In this document: piece by piece, positions 21,851 through 34,541 of the stretch | Position numbering within the stretch: the first letter of the stretch is position 1 | How the letters are laid out: each line of letters opens with the position of its first letter | Assembly (NCBI GenBank): GCA_964234715.1 | Contig: OZ174287.1 | DNA from: Podarcis melisellensis | Taxonomy: Eukaryota | Length of the DNA stretch: 64,000 nucleotides | Direction: 5' to 3' (one strand) | Made by a program: the position numbers and the translations under genes | The notes under the pieces: model-generated | Told to the model about the DNA's origin: nothing | Databases searched by the model: none | Seen by the model: the letters and a program-made list of their open reading frames with translations, nothing else

Positions 21851-23905
21851 AAATATTGTTCTCTTTCTCCACCTGGATATTTATTGTAAGAGCAAATACA
21901 TTGCTTTTCCATTCAGGGCCTTCTTGGTGGCTGCTCACAGTCTTTGGAAATTCTGGCATTGAGAAGTTAGATTGGTTCCCTCCTTGTTTTCCTTCTGCTA
22001 GAAGGGGATTGGTTGTTGCCTCCCTCATTGTTTTTGCTGTCTTTGCAGCACGAAAGTGACCTCTCTGGGGCAGAAGCCTGGGCAGTGTATATGGAGCTCC
22101 TGGGCTACCCAGATGAGAAGACTCTCCTCTACATGACCATTACCTCTACACCATACTTAGTAACACCCCCCAAAATGGCTCCCTTCTTACTGCTGCATTT
22201 AATGGCTACTCAGCGCCCTTTTTTCTTTTCTTTTTTGGCATAGTCACAATAGCTTGTGCTGGTTTTTCTAACATTGCAATTTTCAGGGGTGGGGAAATAT
22301 TTACGTTGCAAGAACCACATCCCCAAACATCTCATAGCCACTTGCATTAATTATTTCTGCTGAATTCCTTGATTTAGACCCTCTGCAAAGTAGACATGAG
22401 TAGGCTCCACCAAAAGAATGAGTTCAAATAAGTTTTACTGCAAAGCTGTCTTAAATTAGAAATGCCTTCCAGTTTTTGCAAAATGCTACAAACATTACAT
22501 TTTATGCACATTAAACACATATTTTATGATTTTGATATTTGTATAGCAGGTTATTTTCTACACACACTTTTAGGCTGCTGACTATCCTCCATCCATACAA
22601 GCAAGAGGACTTATTAGACTTCAAGGGTAAAATACAGAAAGGCAAAAGCGTTTGGGGTTCTGAGTTGGGTCAGTGAGGAGTGTGACCTAGGAACACAGAG
22701 AGGCCTGGAAAGCCTAATTCCATTCCAAACTCTGCTCTGATGAGCTCTTTGTTTGTAACATTGTTTATGACTTATATGTTTGTGAGTGTTTTGTCTAAAT
22801 TGTGAGAGATATTATTTGAAAAAGCTATCTATATTTGTAATAAATAAATAAAATATTGGAAGACATTTTCAAGTGCTTATGAATTATTGGTGTTGTTGTT
22901 GTTGTTAAAATTCCTAGCTTTTCCTAACTACGCTATTGATGTAGCAGGTCATGCACTTCCCTCTAGGCCAAAGCCTTCAAAAAGTAGAAATAACACCATC
23001 ATGGCACTAAGCAAAGTCCAGCAATGTCAAGCAATGTCTGGCAGTCTTTCCCCCCTCCCATGTGAATTAGCAGCAAGAGATAATGGTCAATAGGATTGAT
23101 GATAAGCCGTCCAATACATCCTGGCCAACACACCTCCAACACTCACATGCAAGACAACACACCTCCAAAAATCATGTTATTATGGCACAAATTTCTATTT
23201 CTATTTTTTACTTTGGTCTGAAAATAGTAGGGTTGGCTTTCTCAGTGGGAAGTCACCAAGTTACACTACATATCTCTTCCTCATTAGGACAGTAGCAGAA
23301 CTCCTTCCGTCCACAGAGGGAAATAGCTCACTGGTGGGACACATGCTTGACATAGAAAAAATGAAGACATGTTCAATTCTTGGTGCCTCCAATTAGAGTT
23401 CATCAAAATAATTATCTGTAGGGTGTTGTGTTTGTTTCATAGCTTCAAAAATGAAGACAGAACATTCCTGAATGTTCCTTTCTGGAGTGATCTTCAATGG
23501 GTCCACCTCATGTATCTGGTTTTATTGCACTTCCTTAGAAACCTCCCTTTATTTTGTCCTTTTGAAAAGTTCGGCCCATAAATTTGTCACCTTACTTAAT
23601 AAGGAAAAGGCTGAATAAGGAAAAGTCTCTTCAATCAGGACCATGAATCACAGCCAGAAATGTGTTCATGTGTATGGGATATGATTTTGTTTGCATTTTA
23701 ATGAGAAGTAATATATTTTTTGATTTTCCAAACCAAAATATGAAGCAAAATATAATCCAGGGGAAAACTAAATTGAATTTCCTCCAATTGAATTCTAAAG
23801 AGCAGATTTTCCCCAGGGGAGAGCAGCGGGAGAAGACAAAGTGTGGATAAACCCTCAGTTCTGACAAAAGAATCATCTCCCCTTTCAGTTATCTAATCCG
23901 CTATA

Positions 23906-24600
23906 CAGTGGTACCTTGGGTTAAGTACTGTATTTTTTGCCCAATAGGACACACTTTTTACCCTCCAAAAATGAAGGGGAAATGTTTGTGCGTCCGACCC
24001 CTCTCACTCTCCAGGCTTCAGGCAGCTATCTGCAAGCCTTCGGAGTGCTCCAAATGCTTGAGGACAGCAGCCTGCAGCCTGAAGCCGGGCGAGCACAGCG
24101 CCAACTCCTGCTGCGCTTGCCGGGCTTCAGGCAGCTATCTGCAAGCCTTTGGAGTGCGGCGGGAGTTCCCGCTGCACTCGGAAGGCTTGCGGATAGCTGC
24201 CTGTTCTGGGGGCTGGGGTCTGAGCTTCCCCCGTCCCTAGCCCCGCAAGCTCCGGGAGCGGCGGCGAAGTTGCGCGCAATCTTGCCGCCACTCCTGGACA
24301 TGGGGGGGGGGATATTCTCTCTCTCTTTATTCCCCCCCTAAAAACTAGGTGTGCCCTATGGTCCGGTGCGCCCTAGGGAGCGAAAAATACGGTATTTAAT
24401 TCGTTCCAGAGATCTGTTCTTAACCTGAAACTGTTCTTAACCTGAAGCACCACTTTAGCTAATGGGGCCTCCTGCTGCTGCCGCCGCGCCACCGGAGCAC
24501 GATTTCTGTTCTCATCCTGAGGCAAAGTTCTTAACCTGAAGCAGTATTTCTGGGTTAGCGGAGTCTGTAACCTGAAGCGTCTATAACCCGAGGTACCACT

Positions 24601-24601
<1 letters not shown>
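23906..24601. mobile_element. Tc1/mariner (Tigger-like) MITE, outer element of a nested pair
   Basis: TIRs CAGTGGTACCTTGGGTTA / TAACCCGAGGTACCACTG with a TA TSD. Followed by (TAA)n at 24602-24648. Confidence 0.85.
23928..24392. mobile_element. Tc1/mariner-type MITE nested inside the previous element
   Basis: TIRs CTGTATTTTTTGCCCAATAGG / CCTAGGGAGCGAAAAATACGG with a TA TSD, and GC-rich internal repeats. Same family as 41363-41910. Confidence 0.85.
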
Positions 24602-24650
<49 letters not shown>

Positions 24651-24979
24651 CAACTTTATAGACCTCTACCATGTCTTCCTGTGCCCACTTTTCATTCTAA
24701 GCTAAAAACAAAACTTCAAATGTTTTACTTCCTTATAATGCAATTGCTCCATCAAACTCAGTGAGAATAGTAAATAGTCAGTCATGGATGATGGGATGTA
24801 ATCCAACAACATTTGGAGGGTCACAGGTTAACCACCCCTGTATGAAGGCCTCCTACTCCTGTTGATTTTTTCATAGCCTGGTAGCCACTCCTTGTCTCAC
24901 TAAGGGACAGGGCAGGCTTGTGCTGCAATCAGCAGGTGGGGAGGATCCAACATGTTTTCTGTTCAGAGTGCTACTTGGA

Positions 24980-25190
24980 GATTCAGTCCTGCAGGAATCA
25001 TTATCACTCCCTGCAATTATCCATCTGGCCAAACCTCCAGGGCTTTCCAGAAAGCACAGAAATAAGCATTATTGGAAGCTGGGAGTAGGAACAAGAGGCT
25101 GACAGGGCTCTGCAATTTTCTTACTGGCAGTCCATGTGACTAGTTAAGGCTTCAAATCAGAGTGCTGGCCATCCCAGCATGCATCTGAAA
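24980..25190 (+). promoter_or_regulatory. Conserved V2R upstream block, gene 3 copy
   Basis: CCCTGCAATTATCC (CAATTA 25014-25019), CCTCCAGGGCTTT (from 25034), TTGGAAGCTGGGAGTAGG, ACAGGGCTCTG. Confidence 0.5.
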
Positions 25191-25332
25191 CTCTTTGGAT
25201 GCTGAAAGTAAGACCGCAGAGTTTCCTTTTTGGAAGTAAATATGCAAAGTCTGTTTATCTTGTTCCAGCCAGGATGCTGCTTTAGATAAGACACAGGAGA
25301 GCCAGCAGTGAAAGAGGAGCTTTGCTGCCAGG

Positions 25333-25931
25333 ATGCTGTGGTTCATTGTGTTCCTGCTTCTGTTGCCTAAAAGGGAATGCAAAACGTGTCCTGCAAATGA
25401 TCCCTTCCCTATTCCACATGAGTGGTATCAGCCAGGTGGCATCCTCATAGGTGAAATTGCTTCCCATATCATTTACATGTCCGAGGAACTTTTCTTCCAG
25501 GAGCACCCTTCTCAGAAGCTATTTGATGTTTCAGAGTATGAATTTTGTTCTTTTCGTTCCATGTCTGCTTGAAGAGATAACTAATATGTCGTTCTCCCTG
25601 ATGACTGGTGTTTCTAATTTAGAAGTTGGACTATTATTATTATTATTATTGACGAGAGATTTAGGATGGTATCCAGTGTTGGGTTAGAATACCCACTGAA
25701 AGAAATATATTTCAGTAAGTAAAGTCAATAAATTTCAATGACTACAACTTTGGGATGTGTCAGAGTAGATTAATGAACCTAAGTTAACCACATCAATTAA
25801 AAATATAAGAAGAACCTGCTGGATCAAAACAATGACATCTTCTCACAGTGACCAACCCAATGTCTAAGGGAAGCTCGCCACTCCTGTGGTTTCCAGCCAC
25901 TGCTATTCAATAATAATAATAAGAATAAGAA

Positions 25932-25993
<62 letters not shown>

Positions 25994-28900
25994 TGTTGCC
26001 CATCTGGCAGGGTTGCCCCAGCCACTTTGGAGAACTCACAACAGATTATTAAAAACACAATAGGAGATGATGTAAAACATGGGTAGGCAAACTAAGGCTC
26101 AGGGGCCGGATCCGGCCCAATCACCTTCTAAATCCAGTCTGCGGACGGTCCAGGAATCAGCGTGTTTTCACATGTCCTTTTATTTAAAATGCATCTCTGG
26201 GTAATTTGTGGGTCATAGGAATTTGTTCACCCCCCCAAAAAAAAATAGTCCAGCCCCCCACAAGGTCTGAGGGACAGTGGACCAGCCCCCTGCTGAAAAG
26301 GTTTGCTGACCCCTGATGTAAAAATTGGGCTTCTGCTTTTGCTCCCCAACTCTCCATGGGACTCTGAGTCCCCTAAGTCAGGCCATTTTTTGTGACTGTT
26401 ACTACTTTAGCTCCTGAATCCAGGTCACAGACTCTCCCTATTCATACACAAACATGACCTTAAAACAAGATTTGAAGGATTTGTAAGTGAAAAAACAACA
26501 GGGAAGCTTTCCCCCTTTGCCTCCCTTACTGCAGAGGAATATTTGAGGTCATTGATGGAGTCAAACTGGCTTCAGGATTGCTCTCCTGTACTATTTCAGA
26601 CACATGGTTTATATATTTAGATATGTGAGCATTTGTGAATATTTATTCTATATTTGAACCTTAGAATTTTTTTACAAACATCAAACATTAAAAACTTCCC
26701 TATACAAAAGCAAATTCAAACACTATCAATGAGAAAGCTTTTAGCTGAGGTGGGTCTAGGTTGTCTCACCACCACTACCACAACCACCACCACCATAATT
26801 TTTTATTTGTATCCTGCCCATCTGACTGGGTTGCCCCAGCCACTCTGTCCTGCTTCCAACAAAATATAAAAACACAGTAAGACATACATTAAACATTAAA
26901 AATGTCTCTATGCTGGGCTGCCTTCAGATGTCCTCCCCAGAACAATACACTTTGTATCCTCTTTGCAGAAGAATTGTAGTTTGCAAAGATGCTTCCTTCT
27001 GATACTGAAGAACTGTCCTCTGAAATAGTCTTTTAACTTTATTGGCAGCTTGGTGATCAAGTTTTACCAGCATATCCTGGCCTTGGCATACACCATCAAT
27101 GAGATCAACAAGAACCCCAACATCTTGACCAATGTCACACTTGGATTCCGCATCCTCGACAGCTACTCCAATCGAAGACTGACCTATCGTGCCACTCTGG
27201 ACCTGCTCTTCAAATCGCACACATTTGTCGCCAACTACAAATGGGACACCCAGAAAAACCTCATAGCTGTCATTGGAGGATATGATGCAGAAACCTCTTC
27301 TCTGATAGCAGAAATTCTAGGTCTCTATAAGATTCCACAGGTAGGATGTATAGATAACAGTGTGCAGACATTTCCAAGTTACATGTTCTCTTGAAATTCT
27401 GAACATAAACTGTTATAGCTCTGGTGTTGTGGTTTAGTTGTTTTATTACTTTAATTTTGACATAAGTAATACACAGAAAAACAAAAATAAAATAAATAGT
27501 AGTAGAGCCAACAATGTTAATAGAAAATAAAACTTAATTACATCTGTCTGGAACTCCTGCAGATGCAGCTGACCTGCAAAAGCCTAGTTTCATCTATTAA
27601 TTCTTGAGTAGGTTTAATTTCTGCATTTTGGGGTATGTCAAATACTGGCTTTCTCAATGTAGAGACATGGAAACAAATGGTCATTATGACACGGATATGT
27701 CTGTTGATTTTAATGGCTCTATATTAAGTAAACTTATTTGAATGCAACCCTTAATTTTAATTATCATTCTGGAATATTGTTAAGTTTCTGAAGGGAATAT
27801 GAGAAAGTAGCAAAATACTAAAGTTCCACCCCAGGTGAATAACTTTGGAAACATTCATCAAAAAGAGTTGTTAACTTTAAATCATTCTAAAGTTATAAAG
27901 TCTTTTATCAGATTTTATTTAATGGACTCTAATTTAATTTAATGGTGGACTCTAAACTTACCTGTATGAAATATGTGTATTACCTTGTAGCTCACTTACG
28001 GTTCATTTGCCCTAGAGGACAGACAGACGACACAGTTTCGATCATTTTACCACATGGTCCCAAATGAATCCCACCAGTACAATGGGATTGTCTACTTGCT
28101 TCGACATTTTGGATGGACATGGGTCGGCCTATTTGCTGCAGATGATGATAGTGGAGAACAATTCTTACAGACCCTGGAAGCATTGTTTTCCCAGCATGAA
28201 ATCTGTTCAGCATTCACACTAAGACTCCCAGCACATAACAACTGGAATGACTTGGATGAAGTCGTTGCTATATTCTCAAGCATCCATGCATCTTTCTTAG
28301 GTTATGGATCCAATACATGCATCATCAATGGACAGTATTTGACAATGGCATGGCTGAGAGCTTTTATTGCCATGCAAGATCCTGGAAATACAGAGATGTC
28401 AACATTTAGAAAAGTGTGGATAATGACAACCCAGACTGATTTCATAACAACGAGCTTTCAGCGAGCGTTGGGTTTTCAGCTCTTCCAAGGTGCCATTTCC
28501 TTCACCATCCACACAAAAGAGCTTCCAGAGTTTGGGGAATTTCTTCAGAACATAAAACCTGGCTGGAACAAAAGAGATGGTTTTCTCAATGACTTCTGGG
28601 AGCAAGCATTTGACTGTTCATTTCCAGATCTGAATGTGGCAGTGAAGGCTGATGGGGCATGTAGCAGAGAGGAAAGGCTAAATAGTCTTCCTAGGCATCT
28701 GTTTGAAATGAACATGACTGGCAACAGCTATAATATCTATAATGCTGTCTATGCTGTTGCTCATGCTTTGCATGCCATTTACTCAACAAGATCTGAGCAC
28801 AGAGCAATGGTGGGTAGCAGAAGATCTGACCTTCAAGATATCCAGCCTTGGCAGGTAATATCCCCACATCTAAACTTGTGTATAGGATTGCACAGATACA

Positions 28901-31900
28901 ATGTTGTAAAAGTTGAGACTACAATCCTTTATGAATGGTGATGAAATTGTGGAATCTTATTTCATCCTGTATTTTTTTTGGGGGGGGGGAGAGAAATCAT
29001 TCTTCTCTCACTGCATTGATTCTTCTTTTTATATAGTCACATAAACACCTTACATTTAACAAAATATGGCTTCTTTCGCAACACTCCCCCCTCCACCACA
29101 CGCTAATGCCTGTCAGTGGGAGGCAGGGCACTAGTGGGAGAGGATTTTCCAACTGCCTTCACTGACCCCACAAATGCAAAGTCTCTGAATGATTAATTAC
29201 TCTAGAGCGAGAGGCATATGAGTATGAGGAAACAATTTTATTGAAAACCAAAGTAATTATTCAGTGCACAAAATTATATGGCTTCCATTATGTACTTTTT
29301 GATGCTACTTTTGTTCATAGAAACATCCCTACCTACTCTACTCTTCTGAATATATCTAAACAAAAGCTTCCCTCAACATTTATCCTAAACCATTTACCAT
29401 TAATAATGCTTCATGTCTCACTAACTCTGCCACAACCTTTCCAACACACTTCTACTCCAAATGCAACTTCAACAGCATTCAAAATCCCCATTTAAAACTC
29501 CAATCCAATCAGTACTCACTTCCAAAATTCAAAGCACACTCTCTATCCCTTATTTATTTATAAACCATGTTCATATGACAATTTGATGGCCTGCAGAAAT
29601 AAGTAACTTAGCTAAGTATATTATCCTCTCTAATGTTTGAAAGCTGAGTGTGTTGACCTGGAGGAAACTGAATTTCTAGATCCATTTCAATCGAGATTTG
29701 AATCCAATTTTGTCACACAAATTGCTCTGTTCACCCTTTATGATTCCCTCTTTCGGGAAAGAGGCGGGGAAAATGTGTGCCTGCTAATTATCCTTGATCT
29801 CTCAGCGGTTTGGTACCATTGACCATGGTATCCTGTGGTGGTTGTTTGAGTTAGGGGTGGGGGACACTGCTTTGGATTGCTTCTGGTCCTACTTGGATGG
29901 TTGCTTCCAGAGGGTGATACTTGGGGAGTTCTGTTTGGCCCCATGGAGCCTTCAATGTCGGGTTCTTCAGGGATCAGTTTTATCCACCATGCTGTTTAAC
30001 ATATACATGAAACCACTGGGTGGGAACATCCAGAGTTTTGGAGTACATTGTCAGCAATATGCTACGGACCCAAATCTCTACTCCTGTATTTTCCTCTTTC
30101 AATTAGCTCCATCTATTTCTTCAAAGTACATCATTCAACAATTCAGCTGGAGAAACTGTTTCCTTTAATGGGAACAAAGGAGTGAGAGGTGGATTTGACA
30201 TAATGAATATGATCACATTCCCAAACACATCCTTCCAGAGAGTTAAAGTTGGAAGAGTGGAGGATTCCAATGCTCTTGGAGAAAATAGATTCTTTCTTAA
30301 TGAGGATATAATTGTGTGGCACACAGGCTTTAACCAGGTGGGGGTATGTGCATGTTATTGGGAGCTGCTCTCTTATCTATATCTTTGGACTTTTACTGGT
30401 GGGTCAGGTCCACCATTGAGTCACTGTTTATTCTAAGGTGGGTCACAATAGCAGCACTACCACCATACAAAAATATGGTAAATATTAAGAATATTAAGAA
30501 ATGGGTACAAAGATCCATAATTGGTTAAAGGTGCATCTCTGATCTGAAAAAAAAAAATCTTATCTACATGGATCATTCAGGTGAATGCCTAATCTGAGGT
30601 TGTAGTGGCTAATCCAGATCTATAATATTAGTTCAAATGCTAAATATTTCCACTCCTACTTTGAAAGCAAGGTTTTTTGTACCCTTTTAAGAATACTTAA
30701 ATATAATAATGCTCAGGAAGAATCCATGTAAGATTTCCCCAAGGAACATATTTTGGTACTTTCTGCTTCTATAGAATATGGTAATTACTTGAGATATCAG
30801 TATCTCGAGTCACGTGTTAGCAGCTGTACGGTTTCTGTAGGGATCTACATATTTATCTCTATCTGTTACAGTGACTGACAAATACATAGATTAATTTTTA
30901 AAACCAAAAATATTAATAGGAAAACATTTCAGCATCCATCTTTCTCAGCTACTCTGGTGTGAATCAAAGGATAGATAAATGACAGAGTGAGTGAGAGCTT
31001 GTACATATCTCTTCTGCCCAAATTCCCTTCCTGTTTATGGATAGGTGCGGCCTGTTTCTTTGTGTAATGAGCACTGCCATCCCGGCCATCAGAGGAAAAG
31101 GAAGGAAGGTGGGAAATTTTGTTGCTATGAATGTGTTCCATGCCCCAAAGGGAAGATTTCGGAACAGAATGGTAGGTGATGTAGAAACCATTTCCCCAAC
31201 CCACAACCTTAATGCAGATTTCATATCCAATGACCATTGGGACTTGGCCCAGTATACCTGAAGGAGCATCTCCACCCTATCACTCAGCCCTATCACTACA
31301 GCTCGGTAGTGGTGCCCTCCCTGTGGAACACTCTCCTTTCAGATGTCAAGGAGATAAAGAACTATACAACTATTAGAAGACATCTAAAGGCTTAGTCATG
31401 CTGACCACATGACCCGGAAGCTCCCTCGGCCAGTAAAGCGAGATGAGCGCCACAACCCCAGAGTCATCCGCGACTGGACCTAACGGTCAGGGGTCCCTTT
31501 ACCTTACAGGCAACCCTGTATTAGGAAGTTTTATTATGTTTTAATATATGCTATAAGCCAACCAGAATGGCTGGGGAAACCCAGCCAGATGGGCAGGGTA
31601 TAAATAAGATTATCCTTATCCTTATCCTTATTATAAGTGATAATTTGTCCCAGTGTGCATGTAACCACTTGTCCAAACAATAATACTGTCATGAAATTGT
31701 ACTCATGGCAGGACACCCAACCTATAGAATACCATGGAGTGGTGACTGGAGAATGGGCATTTTCTGCCATTGCCCCAGAGCTGTGAAATGCCCTTTTCCC
31801 TCCTGTGTATGAAGCACCAGTTGCTTGAGACATCCTGTAAATCCATACCAACAGAAGATATCATTACATTCTCCTCTAATTCACATTTAAATTTCTCCTC

Positions 31901-33055
31901 TTCTCATAGACTAAGCCTTCAGATGTTGTCATTAGGAAGTCATGAAAGGTTATTATAGTGCTCGGTCTAATTTAAAACAACAACAATCTACACAGAACTC
32001 AATAATTATGACAATAAGTTTGATTGAGAGACTATTAAAATTCATTTTCATATATGAATAGTTGCAGAAACTTATGTTTTCAAGAAAAGGTAACACTTTC
32101 CCTTAAATTACACATGAATTGAAACTGAAATTGAACCTTTTTCTAATTTTCAGATATGGATGACTGCTTCAAATGCCCAGAAGATCAGTATCCAAACAAT
32201 GATAGAGATGGCTGTATCCCCAAATCTAGAAACTTCCTATCTTATGAAGAACCCTTGGGGATCAGTTTTGTCTCAGTTGCCATAGTTTTTTCCCTAACCA
32301 CCACTTGGGTGCTAGGAACTTTTATTAAGCACAAAGATACCCCCATAGTCAAAGCCAACAACCGAGGCCTCACCTACACTCTCCTCATCTCCCTCCTACT
32401 CTGCTTCCTCTCTTCTTTGCTATTCCTTGGACAACCTGGGAAGGTAACCTGCCTTCTCCGTCAACCTACATTTGGCATTAATTTCTCTATGGCAATTTCT
32501 TGTGTTTTGGCCAAAACCATCACCGTAGTTCTTGCTTTTGTAGCCACAAAGCCTGGATCTAGATTGATGAAGTGCTTGGGCAAACCACTGGCCCAATGGG
32601 TTGTCCTTTCATGCTTGCTTATTCAAGCAAGTATTTGTCTTGTGTGGTTGGAAACCTCTCCGCCATTCCCTGATTTAGACATGCAATCGGTACCAGGAGA
32701 AATCATTGAGCAATGTAATGAAGGGTCAGTTGCCATGTTTTATTGTGTCCTGGGCTATATGGGCTTCTTGGCCATTGTCAGCTTCATTATGGCATTCACA
32801 GCCCGCAAGTTACCAGATAGTTTTAATGAAGCCAAATTCATCACCTTCAGCATGTTGGCATTTTGCAGTGTGTGGGTGTCCTTCATGCCAACCTACCTGA
32901 GCACAAAAGGAAAAAATATGGTTGCTGTGGAGATCTTCTCCATCTTGGCCTCCAGTGCTGGGTTACTTGGTTGCATCTTTTCTCCTAAATGTTACATCAT
33001 TGTACTCAGGCCTGAACTGAACAACAAAGAACAACTAATACGGAGAAATAATTAA
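25333..33055 (+). CDS. Vomeronasal type-2 receptor gene 3 (V2R, Vmn2r26-like), complete, 872 aa: exons 25333-25535, 27049-27340, 27991-28854, 30107-30337, 31045-31171, 32154-33055
   Basis: All introns are gt-ag with phases 2/0/0/0/1, giving a 2619-nt open frame with all V2R motifs. It has NYKW where the paralogues have NYKC. Confidence 0.92.
25910..25991. repeat. (TAA)n/(AAG)n compound microsatellite, the tail of an antisense L2-like 3' end (to about 26060)
   Basis: Direct reading. Followed by GCCCATCTGGCAGGGTTGCCCCAGCCAC, shared with other L2 tails in the window. Confidence 0.85.
26078..26315. mobile_element. hAT-Charlie-type MITE
   Basis: Ends CATGGGTAGGCAAAC / GTTTGCTGACCCCTG, internal GGGCCGGATCCGGCCC. 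Perfect 8-bp TSD ATGTAAAA at 26070-26077 and 26316-26323. Confidence 0.85.
26765..26935 (-). mobile_element. L2-like LINE 3' end
   Basis: TTTATTTGTATCCTGCCCATCTGACTGGGTTGCCCCAGCCACTCTG..AACATTAAAAA..GGGCTGCCTTCAGATGTC. The same 3' end occurs at 31250-31610(+), 33265-33580(-) and 58265-58580(+). Confidence 0.6.
29655..30085 (+). mobile_element. L2-clade LINE RT fragment (frameshifted) in intron 3 of gene 3
   Basis: [57 protein letters not shown]. Confidence 0.8.
31250..31610 (+). mobile_element. L2-like 3' fragment interrupted by a Sauria SINE piece
   Basis: CTGAAGGAGCATCTCCACCCC-like start, TGTGGAACACTCTCC..GTCAAGGAGATAAA..AGACATCT and an AATAAA-like tail. Confidence 0.6.
31392..31506 (+). 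mobile_element. Sauria SINE 3' part
   Basis: TAGTCATGCTGACCACATGACCCGGAAG..GAGATGAGCGCCACAACCCCAGAGTC..GACTGGACCTAACGGTCAGGGGTCCCTTTACCTT ends in the ACCTTT-type tail. Confidence 0.75.
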
Positions 33056-33264
33056 AGAATCTATTTGTTTTCAATTTATTTAATTTATAGGTAAATGTTT
33101 TAGCAGCAAAAACAACCACAAAGTTTAGAGATATTTCTACCTGTCTCTTCATCAGGTTTCTTCTGTTGCTTTTCAATTCCCAGCAGCCCACATTACAAAC
33201 AGCCATTCTTACCTAACTGGCAACATGTCTGAGTCCTGTGATGTGCTATTTAAATTTAAATGAT

Positions 33265-33580
33265 ACGACTACTACTCCTACTACTACTATAACTACTACT
33301 ACTATTTATTTATATGCCGTCCATCTGACTGTTTTGTTCCAATCACTCTGGGCAGCTTCCAGCAAATTATAAAACCACACTAAAACATCAAACATTAAAA
33401 ACCTCAGTATACAGGGCTGTCTTCAGGTGTCTTCTAAAATTCAGATATTTGTTTGTTTCCTTGGCATGTGAGAGGAGAGCATTCCACAAGGTGGGTGCAA
33501 CTACCAGGAAGGCCCTGTTCCTGATTCCCTGTAACCTTACAATGAGCGAATTGCCAGACGGCCCTCAGAGCTGGATTGTA
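33265..33580 (-). mobile_element. L2-like LINE 3' fragment with (TAG)n tail
   Basis: Same family as 26765-26935. Confidence 0.6.
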
Positions 33581-33976
33581 GTGTTAAGAAAGGTTACTAA
33601 GGGCACTGGATTTCCTAGACTTTTTGCTTCCTCCACCTTTTCCCCTGCTCCACTCTTCAATGAAAAGCAAGGAGGCCAACCTGAAACTGGGACTTCTGTA
33701 TGCTGTTCTTACAAAGTGGAGTGGTTATTAATATTATTAGTGTTATGAGTTTCTAGGTGTTAGAATTTTCATTAAGACTTAGAGTGTTAAAACTGGAAAT
33801 TGCCAGACACATGTGTATTAAGCCAGACCCATGTGGCTGGACAGTGCTCAATATCTAGAATCAGTAAGCGTCAAAAGCTAATTAAACTAGCCTAGTGATA
33901 TCTAGATCCTGTATATTAGGCTGTATGCTAGACACTTCTAAATCCTCTGCAAGCAGACTATTCCTACCCTCCCTTT

Positions 33977-34541
33977 CAGGGGTGTAGGAAAGTGGGGGTG
34001 GGGGCGGTCTGCCATCATGGAGGGGGGTGACAAATTATCAAGGAACAATTACTGCCCTACTAAAAACCTTTTTTTAAAAAAAATGCCTGCTCCAAAGGTC
34101 TTATCTTACGACACTAGGAATTATATAGCTATATATGAAATTACATGCATATCAGTTAATATCTTGAGCCTCCTCCATGAAAATAGCTGTTTAAATGGCC
34201 ATTTTCCTATGTCATGAAGGCTGAAATTTCAGTTCAGAGGAGCAGGCATTTTTTTTTTAAAAAAAAGTTCACTTTGCAGGTTTTTAAAAATAATTTTTAT
34301 TAAATAAATAAACAATAAATATAAATAAAATAACACAAGCCAAAACACAATCCATCCTGTAGATTTAAGTATCTGTCCATATTCGCCTACTTGTTATCAG
34401 AGGCCCAGAATCCACATTCCTTTGTAAGAAAATATGAAATAACATAAAACCTTTTTGTGTGTGTGTGTGGGGGGGAATCAATGGGGGGGGGTTACAAGAC
34501 ATTTTCCACACCAGGTACCACCTGACCTTCCTATGCCTCTG
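33977..34541. mobile_element. hAT-type non-autonomous element
   Basis: TIRs CAGGGGTGTAGGAA / TTCCTATGCCTCTG. Perfect 8-bp TSD CTCCCTTT at 33969-33976 and 34542-34549. Confidence 0.8.

Noticed and set aside
21856-22243. Coding-looking stretch after gene 2
   Set aside because: I could not recognise a protein family in any frame and the ORFs are short. BLASTX would be needed.
23937-24341. GC-rich overlapping ORFs (also 41340-41927 and 45296-45749) suggesting a gene or CpG-island promoter
   Set aside because: They lie within TIR/TSD-bounded elements, show no recognisable protein motifs, and are stop-poor because of GC content.
24373-24672. ORF with poly-Tyr, and similar poly-Arg/Phe/Ser ORFs at 25824-26086 and 58398-58715
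   Set aside because: Translations of trinucleotide microsatellites and MITE sequence.
33758-33976. Second possible LTR start similar to 14060
   Set aside because: Only the first ~50 bp are similar, and I could not define a 3' end or TSD.
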